Source of the DNA: Yuukianura sp. NJ FZ-2021
Lineage: Eukaryota
Direction of reading: 5' to 3'
NCBI GenBank assembly: GCA_046563655.1
Contig: CM102283.1
Span: 8,432,001-8,496,000 of the forward strand
DNA: 64,000 nucleotides
Below are positions 13,501 to 25,600 of the stretch, piece after piece; positions within the stretch are counted from its first letter, which is position 1, and every line of letters starts with the position of its first letter. The notes below the pieces were generated by a model. The model searched no databases. It saw only the letters and a program-made list of their open reading frames with translations, and was not told the origin of the DNA. Both the position numbers and the translations under genes were made by a program.

Positions 13501-14132
13501 TCAAACCGGGGTCAGCTTCAGAAAAACCGTCAACAGCGCCGTTCCGAAATCCAGAGAGAGACCTGCCCCCTGTCGGTTGTAATCCACAACCACAACTGCC
13601 ATACCGTCAAATTTGCAAAGGCATTAAGCACATTCCTCCAAGGAACTTACCAGGTCAAAAAACTAAATATTTTGGTACTTTTTTTGGAATTTTGAAAATA
13701 TTTTGGAAAACTTCGTTTTTCAGCTAAATTTGAGGGATTGGAGAAGCAGTGGGTACGGAAGTACGCAGAGTCTCTGTATAAACCGGCAAATCCGGCGGCC
13801 ATTCGTCCAGAGCAAGAGAAAATTTCGTTTCGCAATGTCGCGCCAATCAGAGAACGTCTTGAGAAATTCCATGCTAAAGAATGGGACGCTTACAACTGTC
13901 GACGCGTAAGACAAAGGCAAAAAAAAAGTTTTTTGAAAAATCAAAATTTCGAATGTTTTTACTTTTTTCGTAGTACCGATTTCGAAAAAATCTTTGGGAG
14001 AACATGCAGGTTGAAAATTACAGTGACGTTCTGCGGAACAGATTTGCCAACAGCTTCTGGGCTCTCCTTCCACACGACAATCGCCGTCCCGGCTACCTCG
14101 TCAACACCGAGGTCGAAAGATCCATTAACTGA
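10536..14132 (+). CDS. Multi-exon orphan protein with degenerate calmodulin-like EF-hand pair and coiled coil (EFCAB3/13-like)
   Basis: GT-AG splicing gives MKRGGGSSR... ending ...VERSIN*. LSAPQLRAAYKI...LHELLLELGITDVTKPEITRALRWLPIGHDTGLDYRVFLLAIGD aligns by eye to a calmodulin N-lobe. E/K/Q coiled coil at ~12100-12340. Confidence 0.55.
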
Positions 14133-14399
14133 ATTTCGAAAACTCTTTTTTTTTTACAACATTTTTCAAAAACTGGTTCCAAATTCAAAATTTCCAACAT
14201 AAATTCTTCAGATCTTGCATCACTTTTCCGATTTTAGCCAAGTTTTCCTTGTTTCTTCGTCACTTCATCAGTAAATTTTTTGACTTTTTTAATTTTTTAA
14301 TTCTAGCAATAATTTTTTTTGTCCACAAACACAAAATTTTAAGGAGTAAATCAAAATTATGAAACAAACACTACCAACAGATGGTTACGCACTAAAATG

Positions 14400-17300
14400 T
14401 TACTTCGCTTGTCCAAAATCTGCTGACGTTGGATCAGTATCCTTGACGTCTTTAATTTCTTTGACCTTTAATTTCTGTGACGTCTTTGACTCCTTGCGTT
14501 CTTTGACGTCTTTAGTCTCTTTGACGTCTTTGAATTCTTTGCCGTCTTTGCCGTCCTTGACTTGCTTGACCTTTGACTTGGTTTCTTTCAGGTCCAGCTT
14601 CTCTTTTGCTTCAGTGCGCTTGAGGTCATGCTCCAGCGATGTCCTGCTAACTTTGTCCTTGGCAGCTTCTGACTTTGATCGCTTCGATTCCCCCAGCAGC
14701 TCTTCTTTTTCTTCCAGCCGCGAAGTATGGTAGTCCTTGGCTCTACGCTGAATTTTTTCCATTTCAGCGATTCTTTGAGCAAGACGACCATAAGGACTAC
14801 GTGGAGCGTCGTAGCGCTGAAACCAAAAAAAAACGCAATGAATTTCCAGAAAAAATTGTCAGAAAAATCTTCTTGAAAAACTTACTTTTTGTAAATCTTC
14901 GACCATTTTCTGCTGTTCCTGTTGCTCATAAGTTCTGTTGGGTTCGACATCTACTGTCCAGACGATGTTCCTTGCAAAGTAAGTGTAACTGGCCAACAGG
15001 ATGAGCACTAGAAAGGCAACTGTTGCCAAATAGACAAAGGGCAAGTAGGATTCGATCACTTTCTTCTGTTGAATGATGTTCGTCACTTGGAGTATGAAGA
15101 AAGTGTCCATTTTCTGGCAGTACGTGAATCGATTGTACTCTGTGTTCACTACGACTGCGCGGATCAAGTAAATGAAGTTACGCTTTTTCTTGAGTCGCAA
15201 GGAGTTGCGATTCGTCTGATTAAACACAAAAAACTGAACAGAGTCCAGTTCTTGGATAGGAACCAAAGGAAGGATTTTTTGAACGTCCTAAACAAAAAAT
15301 AAACATGAAAAAAATTGTTATTATTATTATTTTTTGCAAATTTTCTAAAAAAGTTTTTAAATAGTTTACTTCTTGTCTATACGAAGGGCGGCGGGAAAAA
15401 CAGTCTTTGAAGTAGCGGTAAATATCGGCGTACACAGGAAGTTCTTTCATGAAATTTGCTCTTTCGGCCATGTTTGAATACCAGTCCTCCCTTTTAAAAA
15501 AAATTTTTTTTTTAAATTTTGAAACTTTGAAATTTTTGAATTTTAGTTTTTTTTTGTGGTTACCCTGAGACGAGGCATCCTGCGTCATACTGAGTCGTGT
15601 TTGCTTCCATTTGAAAATCGTCTTCTTTGAAAGAATCCAAAATGTCGTACATGACGACATTGCTGGTGACACGTCGAACGTGTTCGGTCAAAAATTGCTC
15701 AAATTTTGGAATCAAAATGTCACGAAACGACAATCCATATACGTTGTCCTCAACTCTTTTTCCAGCAGGAATTGGAATCTAAAGTAAAGAAAGAAAGTTA
15801 AAGTCAAGATGAAATTAAAATTTGAAATTTGTAGTTTCGGAATTACTCGGCAGTAGTCGGGATTCCGACAGTCGAACACTTTGTACTGTTCTTTATGCAC
15901 GAGTGCTTTAGAGACTACTAGATGTGAGACGCCGGTGGCTTCTGAGTCGGTGGCATCATGGTACCACATTGTGGGTTTGAGGGCATGTGAATGAAGACTC
16001 TTGTCCCATGGAGCAACGTGCAGTTTGGTCACTGGAACGGCTTCGGCCACTAACCGCATCCGGGTTAACGGCACACAGCCGATATTCATTTGAATTGTCT
16101 AAAAAAAATCTTTTCTAAAAATTTTTTTTCAAAAAAGATTCAAAATTTTGACAAGGAATTTTCTTACTCTGAAGTAATGTTTTTTGTCACAATGTAAATT
16201 GAGCACACTGGGGCGAATTGTGAGCGTAAAAACACGAACTTCTTCTGCTACATGATCTTCGTCGTCCTGGGTTCGGAAGTGTTCGGTATACATACTTTGC
16301 AGCATCTTATTTTTGGAAAACAAAATTTAGAATTCAAAAATTTGTACACTTTTTGCCAAGGTTCGTTGACAACTAAAAGTTAATTTTCTTTAACAGGTTG
16401 GGCACTACCCTTCGGTTGTTGGCAAAAAATAGTACCAATTTAGTATTAATTCGTAAGCAAAATTGAAAAAAAAAATTGGCTGTATTGTTATGACTACGAT
16501 GCACCGAAATGAAAAGATACTTTTTCTTGCAAAATCAAAAAAACATGAGGTATTACCCAACCTGTTGAAAAAATCTCAAGTCAACACCTTGCTTTTAAAA
16601 AAAACACTCAAAACCTATCGTCATACCGGATCAGGAAGAAACGTTTCCAGTTCAATAATTTTCCGAATGATAGTCTGGTCATACTGGACTTCCAAAAACG
16701 ACGATACCTGAAATCAAAAATTTGAAAATTTCGAAATTAAAAAGAAAAAAACTTTCTCACCACAACCGAAACGCCTTGAATTTCGGAAAACTCTACGAGA
16801 ATGTCTGCTTCTAGCGGAATACTGTCACCATAAAACGCAACTTCCGCTGTAATCCTGGTCATGTACTCTACAAAATTTAAAAATTAATGTCAGGAAAATC
16901 CAAAATTCAAAATAAATTTTTATAAAAATTTGCAATTTTTTAAAACCTACGTGCTTCAACGTATGGATAAGATCGGTAATAAACTTCGAAACTGGCAAAA
17001 GGACAAATGGGATCGGCAAAAGACGATTCGTCATCGGCAGTATTAGTTTCTCTGTTGATTGGCGTTTCTCCCAAGGGAATGACATTCTCCCCAGCACTTC
17101 TGGCAAAGGAGCCCTTAAGAAGGGACCAAAAGGGGACATTGAGCATGACAGTTTGAGGGGGCCCTTCAAAGGAATCCGTGTCGCTGTTGTACGTTAACTT
17201 CCCATAGAACACTTCCCCATCTTCTGTTGACTGCTGGAACACATTGTTTGATACATGGAACGGATGGACGAAGCGGAGCGGTTCATGTGCCAGGGCAGAA

Positions 17301-20300
17301 CCGATGAACGCTGAACAGTTTTTCAAAAAATTAACATTTTCAAAATTTTATGAATTTTTGAATTTTTAAGTTTAGGGTTTTGGAAATACCCTCGCTAGCC
17401 GTGACGGGTACGTCGTTTACGTAACTTTTTCTAGACAGGACGGAGATGATTCCTTGTTCGGTTACGATGATGTCAAAAAATCTGAAAAAACGAAACTTAA
17501 ATTTTTATGAAAATGAAATTTTTGGAGCCAAAATTTAAATTTATACTTAAATGGCAGCAGTGGAGTGGGTGTGACGCCTTGATTTGGAAGCGGAGCGTGC
17601 TCATAAAAAAGCAACGGCTTTGCTAAACAAAAAAAAAGTACAAAAACCAAAAAAAAATTAAAAGAGTCAGTTTTTTTTCGAAATTTTATGGAAACGTTAC
17701 CGAAACTGCCATCGAGTGAAGCAAACAGGATGACGTCATTGATACGCAGAATGTAAATGGGAATTGCAGTGTTGATGGGATTGAGTGTCGTCGTAAGTGG
17801 CGACATTGGCATTGGGTATGCCTGGCGTCCAAGATGGTCCAAGTAATCTTCTTCCTTAAGGGAGTACTGGCCTAGAGTTCAAATCAAAATTTCAAAAAAA
17901 AAGCAAAAACAAAAACCAACTTTTTTTGACTTATGGTCCAAATTTTGAACCTGTTTGATTAAATTTTGTAGATTGAAGACGACGTATGATTGTTCCGGTA
18001 AACCTGATAGTGACATCGGTCACCTCAACTTCGTCTCCAGAAGTTCCATTGAGGACAATCGGTACATTTTGGGCCGTAAACGTAGTGATGCTGACAGTTG
18101 TGGAGTTGATTAATTCCACTGTTTTTGGAAATTCCACACTTTGAAATTCAACTGCCGCCAAATACATTTTTTCAACTCCAGTAAACTCCACGGCATGAAA
18201 ACGAAACATTCTGGAATTCGGAGCGGAGCGATTAAATTGAGACCCCGCTGGACCGTAAACGATTTCGTCCATTTCAAAAGACAGTCCGTTCACTTCAAAA
18301 TTCTAAAATTTAGATTTTTTTAGAGAGAAAATTTGCATTTTTAAATTTTTGCTGGAAGCAAGGTTCCTCGACAACGAAAAGATTTTCTTTAACAGGTTGG
18401 GCACTACCTCGCTTCTTGACAGAAAAAAAAATTGGAACCAATTTGAGTTGAATAGGAACGAAAAATTGCCACCAATTTTTCTCTGTAACTGAATTGTTAT
18501 GACTACGATGCCCTGGAATGAAAAGACTATTTTTTTTGAAAAATCAAAAAAAAACATGAGGTATTACCCAACCTGTTAAAGAAAACCAAAATCAACGAAC
18601 CTTGGGTGGGAAGAATCTTCTTACCTGCCGTATTCGACTAAAGTCAGATTCCACTCTAAAAATGATATTTCGGTTGAACTTGTCTAATTCTGTTGTTGAA
18701 ACTTTAACTTTCCGGGCATCCGTTAATCTACTGGAAAAATGTGGATCTGATTCGGGCAACACGTGAGTTCCGGAAATCCAATATGTAAATTCCGTTTCAA
18801 CGTCTTTGAGTGTCTTGTGTTGTACAATACGACGTCCAGAGCTGCGTCTTTGTAGTTTGAGTTCGGCCGTTTTCGTTCTAAGTTTTTCTTCAACAACTCT
18901 GTCTACCCGGGCATCTTCGATTTCATCTTCGTGAATTTGTGCTTCCGAAATGGGTTTGACTGTAACTTCTTTTGCTGCTGGATCATGAATGTTTTCACAA
19001 CTTGAAGAAGGATTGAACGTAGAAATTAAACCTAAAATTTCAAAAAAAAAAATCCAAATTTTCGAATTAATTTTTGAATTTGAAATCCGCTTGTGCTACT
19101 TACTTGCGCCCTCTAGCGGAACTTGAACAATAATGATAATGTGGCCGGAATCTCTCGAAAATGCGGGAACCCACATGTTATGACCCTGTTTAAAATTGGC
19201 ACGAATTTTGAAAAAAATGAAATTCACAAATTCAAAATTTGAAAAAAAAAAGTTGCCGCACTTTTGCTGTAGCTGTTTTTGCACACCATCTACGCTTGAC
19301 GAGGGACTCCAATTTGTATTTTTGCGTAATCGTGTTGTAGCCGATCCCTCGTAAAGCCAAATCCGGCGAATGCAAATACAGCGACGAGTCGTTTATCAAA
19401 AAAATCAGGCCGACAGGGGTATAAGCGAAATCGAAAATTCCGATTCTCAGGGTCTAAAATTCAAAAAAGCAAATCAACTACTAATTATTTGTATTAATTA
19501 TAAATTAATTGTATTAATAATTAGAAGTTTAGGTTACTTTATCTTGAGCGTAAGTGTAGTTTCTACTTCGTTCATTCTGTGTCTTCTGTTCTTGAGCTGA
19601 AAGTCGAAGTGTCGTAGGATTCAAGATGAGTCTTGTTTTGTCGAATGTTGGCAGCACAATTTTGTTTAAATCTTGATTAGTACAGAAATCCCATGTCATG
19701 CCGATCGTTCCGTTCCAAGATACTGCCAGTTCTTGGTTAATGCATGGATTAGAAAATGTTGTGACCCAAGGAACAGAGTTATTCAAATACGGTGGTCCAA
19801 TGTACACCACTTCATGTCCAAAGTAGTTCAGCACATTTTGTTCCAAAAACCGCTTTTCAACGTCAGCAATCCAACTGTAATTGAGGTTAATTGCTAGTCG
19901 TCCGACTTTGGCATTCGGTAAAAAAGCGTGACCTGTAGACGGAATGGTGACACGAACATCCCTACGTTAAAAAAAATAAAATTTTGAAGTTTCTTGCATA
20001 AGTTTTGAATTTTGATCAAAAGTGTTTTACGCAATGAAGCATTCGTAGAGTGCTGAATGCTGTCGGGGAGTAATCGTAAAGGAAATGTCGCTTAAAGTTG
20101 TTGCGACGAGGTCATAGTTCACTTTGATCCTGAACCCCCAGTATGGTCTAAAAATCATTTTGAATTTTGAAAATGGATTTTTTGCTGGGCTTGACTGTTG
20201 TAAAATTTTCAGAATTTTAGTGCGCATGTGCCGTACCCAAATAGTCGTCGACTGTCATGCACTCCACTGATTCCACGCACGTCTCCTGTCCCAACATAAA

Positions 20301-22291
20301 AAGCGTCAGCAGTGACGTCGATCGCTGCATGAGCAAAGCGCAGACACGGAACAAGTCCTCCAAGGGCAAATTTTTTCGTAAGTACTTGCGAGTATGCGCT
20401 GGGATGCATATGACCTGGAGAGTACAGTTCATCCAACGTCACTTGAGACGGGTCAACAATCCAAACTTTAAGGATCTAAAAAAAGGTCAAAGGTCAAATG
20501 CAAAGCTCCAGCGGAAAGGTCAAAGGTAGAACGAAAATGTCAAAAGTCAAACGCAAAGGTCCAACAGAAAGGTTAAAGGTCAAATGAAAAGGTCAAAAGT
20601 CAAACGCAAAGGTCCAACAGAAAGGTTAAAGGTCAAATGAAAAGGTCAAAAGTCAAACGCAAAGGTCCAGCGGAAAGGTCAAAGGCCGAACGGAAAGGTC
20701 AAAAGTCAGACGCAAAGGTCCAACGGAAAGGTCAAAGGTCAAAAGTCGAACGCAAAAGCCCGGTGGAAAGGTCTAAGGTAAAACGCAAAAGTGAAATGTC
20801 TAACGCAAAGGTCAAAGGTCAAACGGAAAGGTCAAAGGTCGAAAGTCAAACGCAAAGGTCAAAGTTCAGGCTTTTCTTTTTACATATTCCTTGTAGACGC
20901 CTCCAGTAGCCATGGGGTTCATTGCCAAATGTACAAATCCAACTATCAAAAAAATTGAAGCAGAATTTTTTAAAGAAAAGACACATAATTTCTTAACTCT
21001 TTGAAAACAATTTTGAGTAGTAAAAAAATTGAAAAAAAAAAATTTTTTAGAAATTGTTTTTTTAAAGTGTTTTTGTTTACTTTCGTTTTCCTTGATGAGT
21101 CTGTAGCACCATCTATAGCAGTAAGAATTCTTGACGATTGTGATTGGATCCGAGTGGTACCAAGGATTGGTCAAGGAAGTGTTGTCTTGTAGCAACTGTT
21201 TTTCATACTCCATGTAGAAAACTCTGTTTGAACAAAACCAAATTTTAAAAAAATAATTTTTAGAAAATGAGCATTTAAAAAAAGTTACGTAGGATCTATG
21301 ATGAAGTTCAAATACAACTCTCCATCAAAAAAATCTCGCGTCTCTTCTGGATTTTTGTAAGAAACGCCGTCAACGACGTCATTTTCATGTTTGAAAGTTC
21401 CCGTGACACGGAAAAAAGCATAGTAAGTTCCATCCATAAAACAGTCAAAAACTGCCTTGTGACCATTCCCACTACACAAAAAAGTCAAAAATATGAAATT
21501 TTGATCAACTGATTTCAAATTTTGAAACGTTTTTTCAAAATTGGAAAGTGTAACATCAACAAAACAAGAGTTGAATTGTTTTACTAGACGAGTTGTGGCA
21601 AACAACGTCGTTGACGACTTCCAGCATAAACAGCCCACTTTCCTATACTAAATTTGTGAAACACTGGATCGACTGACACTGAAATCTGAAATTTCAAAAT
21701 TCCCAAAATTTCAAAAAAACTCAAAATTGAAAAATTTGGTGTTAGGATAATGAAAGTGATTGTTTTAGTACTCACGGTGTCTCCTGTTGTGTGATCATAA
21801 GTTTCATCCACAGGACCGTCCACATTTGACCTTGAATGAGTTAGCACTCTGAAATTGAAGTAAAAATTGCGACGAATGGAGGTTGACCTTTGACCTTTGT
21901 CAAAATTTTGAAATTTTACTGAATGAGGTTAGCATAGGGTATGTCGCCTTCTTTCCCGCCAAATTTTGGCAGCAGTTCCAAAACCAATGAGGTGCTGTGT
22001 TCTTGACGCTCCCGAATTTGTAGTTCCGTTTCAGTGAAAAAAATTGTGTCTCTTCCGATGTACCGTTTGACTCGAACTTTCCCGCTCGTTTTGTTCAACA
22101 CTATGGATTCAACTAATCCTGTAAAACAAAAAAAAATTGAAAAAAAAAAATTGGAAAAGTTTTTGAAAAAAAAATTAAGATTTTGTACATTTACCTTCTA
22201 GACTGTTTTTATTCTGAACTGCATAGCTTATTTTGAAAAAGTAGCCTAACACTCCTAGAATTAAAACTAAAACAAAAAATTTTCCGTACAT
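14400..22291 (-). CDS. CatSper auxiliary subunit epsilon-like (delta/epsilon/gamma family), copy A; type I membrane protein, more than 20 exons
   Basis: Signal peptide MYGKFFVLVLILGVLG. Motifs YCYRWCYR, KVWIVDPSQVTLDEL..PSAYSQVLTKKFALGGLVP, ECFIADV, NPCINQ, DPICPF, NIGCVP, YDAGCLVSGEDW, YLIRAVVVNTEYNRFTYC, followed by one TM helix; order and spacing match CATSPERE. Confidence 0.75.
16357..16591. mobile_element. Intronic MITE, CAAGGTT...ACCTTG termini, subfamily 1
   Basis: Inverted AACAGGTTGGGcAcTACC / GGTAtTaCCCAACCTGTT; similar to 18359-18604; TSD degenerate. Confidence 0.7.
18359..18604. mobile_element. Intronic MITE, subfamily 1
   Basis: CAAGGTTC...TTCTTTAACAGGTTGGG / CCCAACCTGTTAAAGAA...GAACCTTG; flanks GCTGGAAG and GGTGGGAAG (degenerate TSD). 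Confidence 0.75.
20482..20866. repeat. Degenerate 7-bp-period intronic repeat (AAAGGTC)n with higher-order duplications
   Basis: Many AAAGGTCA/AAAAGTCA units filling one intron of CatSper copy A. Confidence 0.85.
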
Positions 22292-22476
22292 TTTGTATTT
22301 TCAGTGTTCTAAAGAAGTTTTCAAAAAAAAATGCAAAAGGAAAATCACAGCACAGTTTCGTCCAAAATCGGAAAACTCATTCGAAAAAAATCATTTGTTT
22401 TGAAAATTTTGATTTTTTAGTTTCAAACTTAAACTTAGTTTGAAAAAGTTTTAAACAACTTAAACGAGTTTTATTA

Positions 22477-22490
22477 GTTACCATGGAATT
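22477..22490. promoter_or_regulatory. X-box-like (RFX) motif upstream of CatSper-epsilon copy A
   Basis: GTTACC AT GGAATT, 186 bp upstream of ATG 22291. Confidence 0.45.
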
Positions 22491-22607
22491 GTTGGTACAG
22501 TGTAAAATTAAACTAAAAATTTCACTTTATATGTTTTCAAATTTTTTTTAACCTTTTCAAATTAGACAAAAAAAAATTTTTTTTTGATTCTTCAAAAGCC
22601 AGTGTTG

Positions 22608-25600
22608 TTAGTCGTTTTTCTTGTCTCCAGCTTTTGACATCATTGAAATTCTTTGATGCAGAAGGTCAAGTGTGACCGGTTTTCTCTCTACTTTTTGTTT
22701 TTCAGGAACTTTTTCAGTTTTTGGATTAGCAGCAGCAGAAATTGTGTGAAACTTTTTTAAATTTTCGATCCTTTGAGAAACTCTTCGAAATGGATCAATT
22801 CGGTCCAACTCTTCCTAGAATTTTTCAAAAACAAAATTAAACTTAGAATTTTTTTTCTACAAATTCGTGAATTTGTTTTTGAAAACTTTTTCTAGTCGTT
22901 GTCTCTCTAGCTCTTGAGCTTCCAAATCTTCTGTGAAGATCCTATTTGTGACAATTCTTGTTCGCCAGTGTTTGTATCTTGAAAAGTAGACGTAAGAGGA
23001 CAGCATCAGTATAATTGCCAGTAAGGAGATGCTGACGTACAGTTCCCAGCGAAGTGGAATTCTTTCTACTGAAATGTTGGCTACTTGAAGAGCAAAGTAT
23101 GTTTCCAAGTGGGAACAGTATGTAAAGGGATTGAATTCAGTGTTAACTACGACTGCGCGGAACAAGTAGATGAAGTTGCGTCGACGCTGAAGTCTTAGGG
23201 CATTCATATTGCTCCGGTTGAACAGAAAAAAAGTTCGGTTGTTCAGTTCTTGAATGGATAGCAGCGGCAGAGTCTTGGACAAGTCCTAAAACCAAAATTT
23301 TCAAAAAATTTGGAAATTTCTCAACATTTTTTTTTAATTTTGAATTTACCTCCTGGCGGTACGAAGGCGTCCGACGAAAGCAGTTGACAAAGTATCGGTA
23401 AATGTCGGCCTTCAAGGTCAACTCTTTTTTGTAAAAGTTTGCTCTGGACGCCATCTTGCCATACCAGTTCCCACTAAAAGTGAAACATTTTTCAAAAAAA
23501 GTGTTTCTAAATTTTGTTTTCGATGTTTTTGACGGTCAAAATGTTAGACAAACTCGTCTATCAAACATCCAGCAGTGTACTGCGAAGTGTTAGTTTCGAC
23601 TGCGAAGCTTCCAGGAGCTCCTGCCGCAATGTGGCTACTTTTGTACGAGTCCAGAAGGTCATAGATCACCACATTTCCAGTGACACGTCGAGCATGTTGA
23701 GTTAGAAATTGCTATTTTCAAAAAAAAATTATTTTGAAAAGAAATTTCAAACATTTTCAAAAAAACTTTAAAAAGTTAACCTACTTCGAACTTTGGAATT
23801 AAAACGTCACGGAATGACAAACCGTAGATGTTGTCTTCAATTCCCTTTCCAGCTGGAATTGGAAACTGAAAATTCAAAAATACGGTTCAAGTTTTTTCGA
23901 AAAATTTGAAAAACTTTCAAACAAGGTTCGTAAACAAAAAGGATACTTTTTCTACAGCAGGTTGTCCAAAATTTAATTGAAAGTGTATATCTAGCTTTCC
24001 TTGAATGTAATCTAAATGGGATTGGTGCTAAAGGCTGTTTAAATATTTTTGAAAACCCTGAGTTATTGGACAACCTGTTGTAGGAAATATAATCGGTTGT
24101 CAAGGTACCTTGCTTTCAAAATTTGAAAAATTAGTACTTGGCATGAAGTTTGGTTGCGTTCCATGCATTTGGCCATTGTCCTTTGGGAGTAATGGACATG
24201 GTCTCTTGGAATTAGCAAATGCGCCACTCCAGTTGTGTCTGAATCAGCTGGATCGTGGTACCAATTAGTCGCGCGATCTTGTTTTGTCAGTCCAGTGCGC
24301 CACGGTTGAACTTCAATTTTCTTTAGCGGAAGAGCTTCAGCAATCAAACGCATGCTTGTAAAAGGAACACAACCAATGTTCATTTGAATTGTCTGAAAAA
24401 AAATAAACCCAGGATTCAAAAACTTTTCAAAAAGTACAAGATTTTTGAAATTCTTGTACCCTGAAATAATCTTTTTTCTGACAGTGGAGGTTGAGTAAAC
24501 TCGGACGAATTGTTAAAGTAAAAACTCGGACATATTCGGACTGTGCTGATGCGCTGTCATCGTCAGACTGATACGAGTAGTGTCTATTGTACATTTCTTC
24601 CAATTCCTACAAAGACATAACAATATTTTCACAATGTTTTTTTCAAAATTTAAAAAAAATTTTGAAATGTAAAATTCAGAAACCTTAACATGTTTTGCTT
24701 ACAGGTTGTGGCAGGAAAGTTTCAATTTCAATTATTTTTCTGATGACGGTTTGGTCGGATTCAACTTCCAGAAAAGAAGAAACCTGAAATTCGTTTTTTC
24801 ATCAAAAATTACAAAAAAAAACTTTCGTTTCTGAAAAAAACAACAACACAAATTCTGTCATTTGTAAACAAAATTCTTACCACGATCGAGACACCTTGCA
24901 CTTCCGCAAACTCTACAATCACATCGGCTTCCAACTACAAATTTCGAAAAAAAAATATATTTTTTTTAAAAAAATTAAAAAAAAGGTTTGAAAATCCTAA
25001 ATTGTTTTGGTTCAAGTTAAAATTGTAAAGTTACCGGAATGACGTCACCGTAATACGCAACTTCAGCAGTAATCCGTGTTACGTACTCTACAAAATAAGT
25101 TCAAAAACGAAAATTTTGAAATTTGAAACTTAAATTTTTTTTTTTTTTGAAAATTGGTCTTCATACGAGATTCGACGTATGGAAACGGAACATAGTAGAC
25201 GTCGAAGCTAGCAAATGGGCAAATGGGATCAGCGTATATGTGTTCGTCCAGTTGCGTTTCTCCCGTGGGAACGTGTCTGTCCAATGGGATATTCGTATCT
25301 CCCGCACTCCGTGCAAAACTGCCTTTGAGCAGTGACCAAAACGGAATGTTCAACATTTTCGTATTTGGCGGGCCTTCAATCACATCCTGGTTTTTATCGT
25401 AACTCATTTGTCCATACACGATTTCCCCCTCTTCTGTAGCAACTTGGAAAATGTTATTGGACAAATGAAATGGATGGATGTATCGAAGTGGCTCATTGGC
25501 CAACAAAGAACCAATGAAAGCCTCGGATGGAGTCACGGCGTCAGTTCCAGAGGTTTCTTTATGTGACAACACTGATAGAACTCCTTGCTCAGTCACCAGA

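Noticed and set aside
20482-20909. CRISPR-like array, or the K/R-rich ORF 20637-20909
   Set aside because: Eukaryotic intron; degenerate 7-bp microsatellite with no constant repeat or unique spacers. The ORF is a by-product of the repeat.
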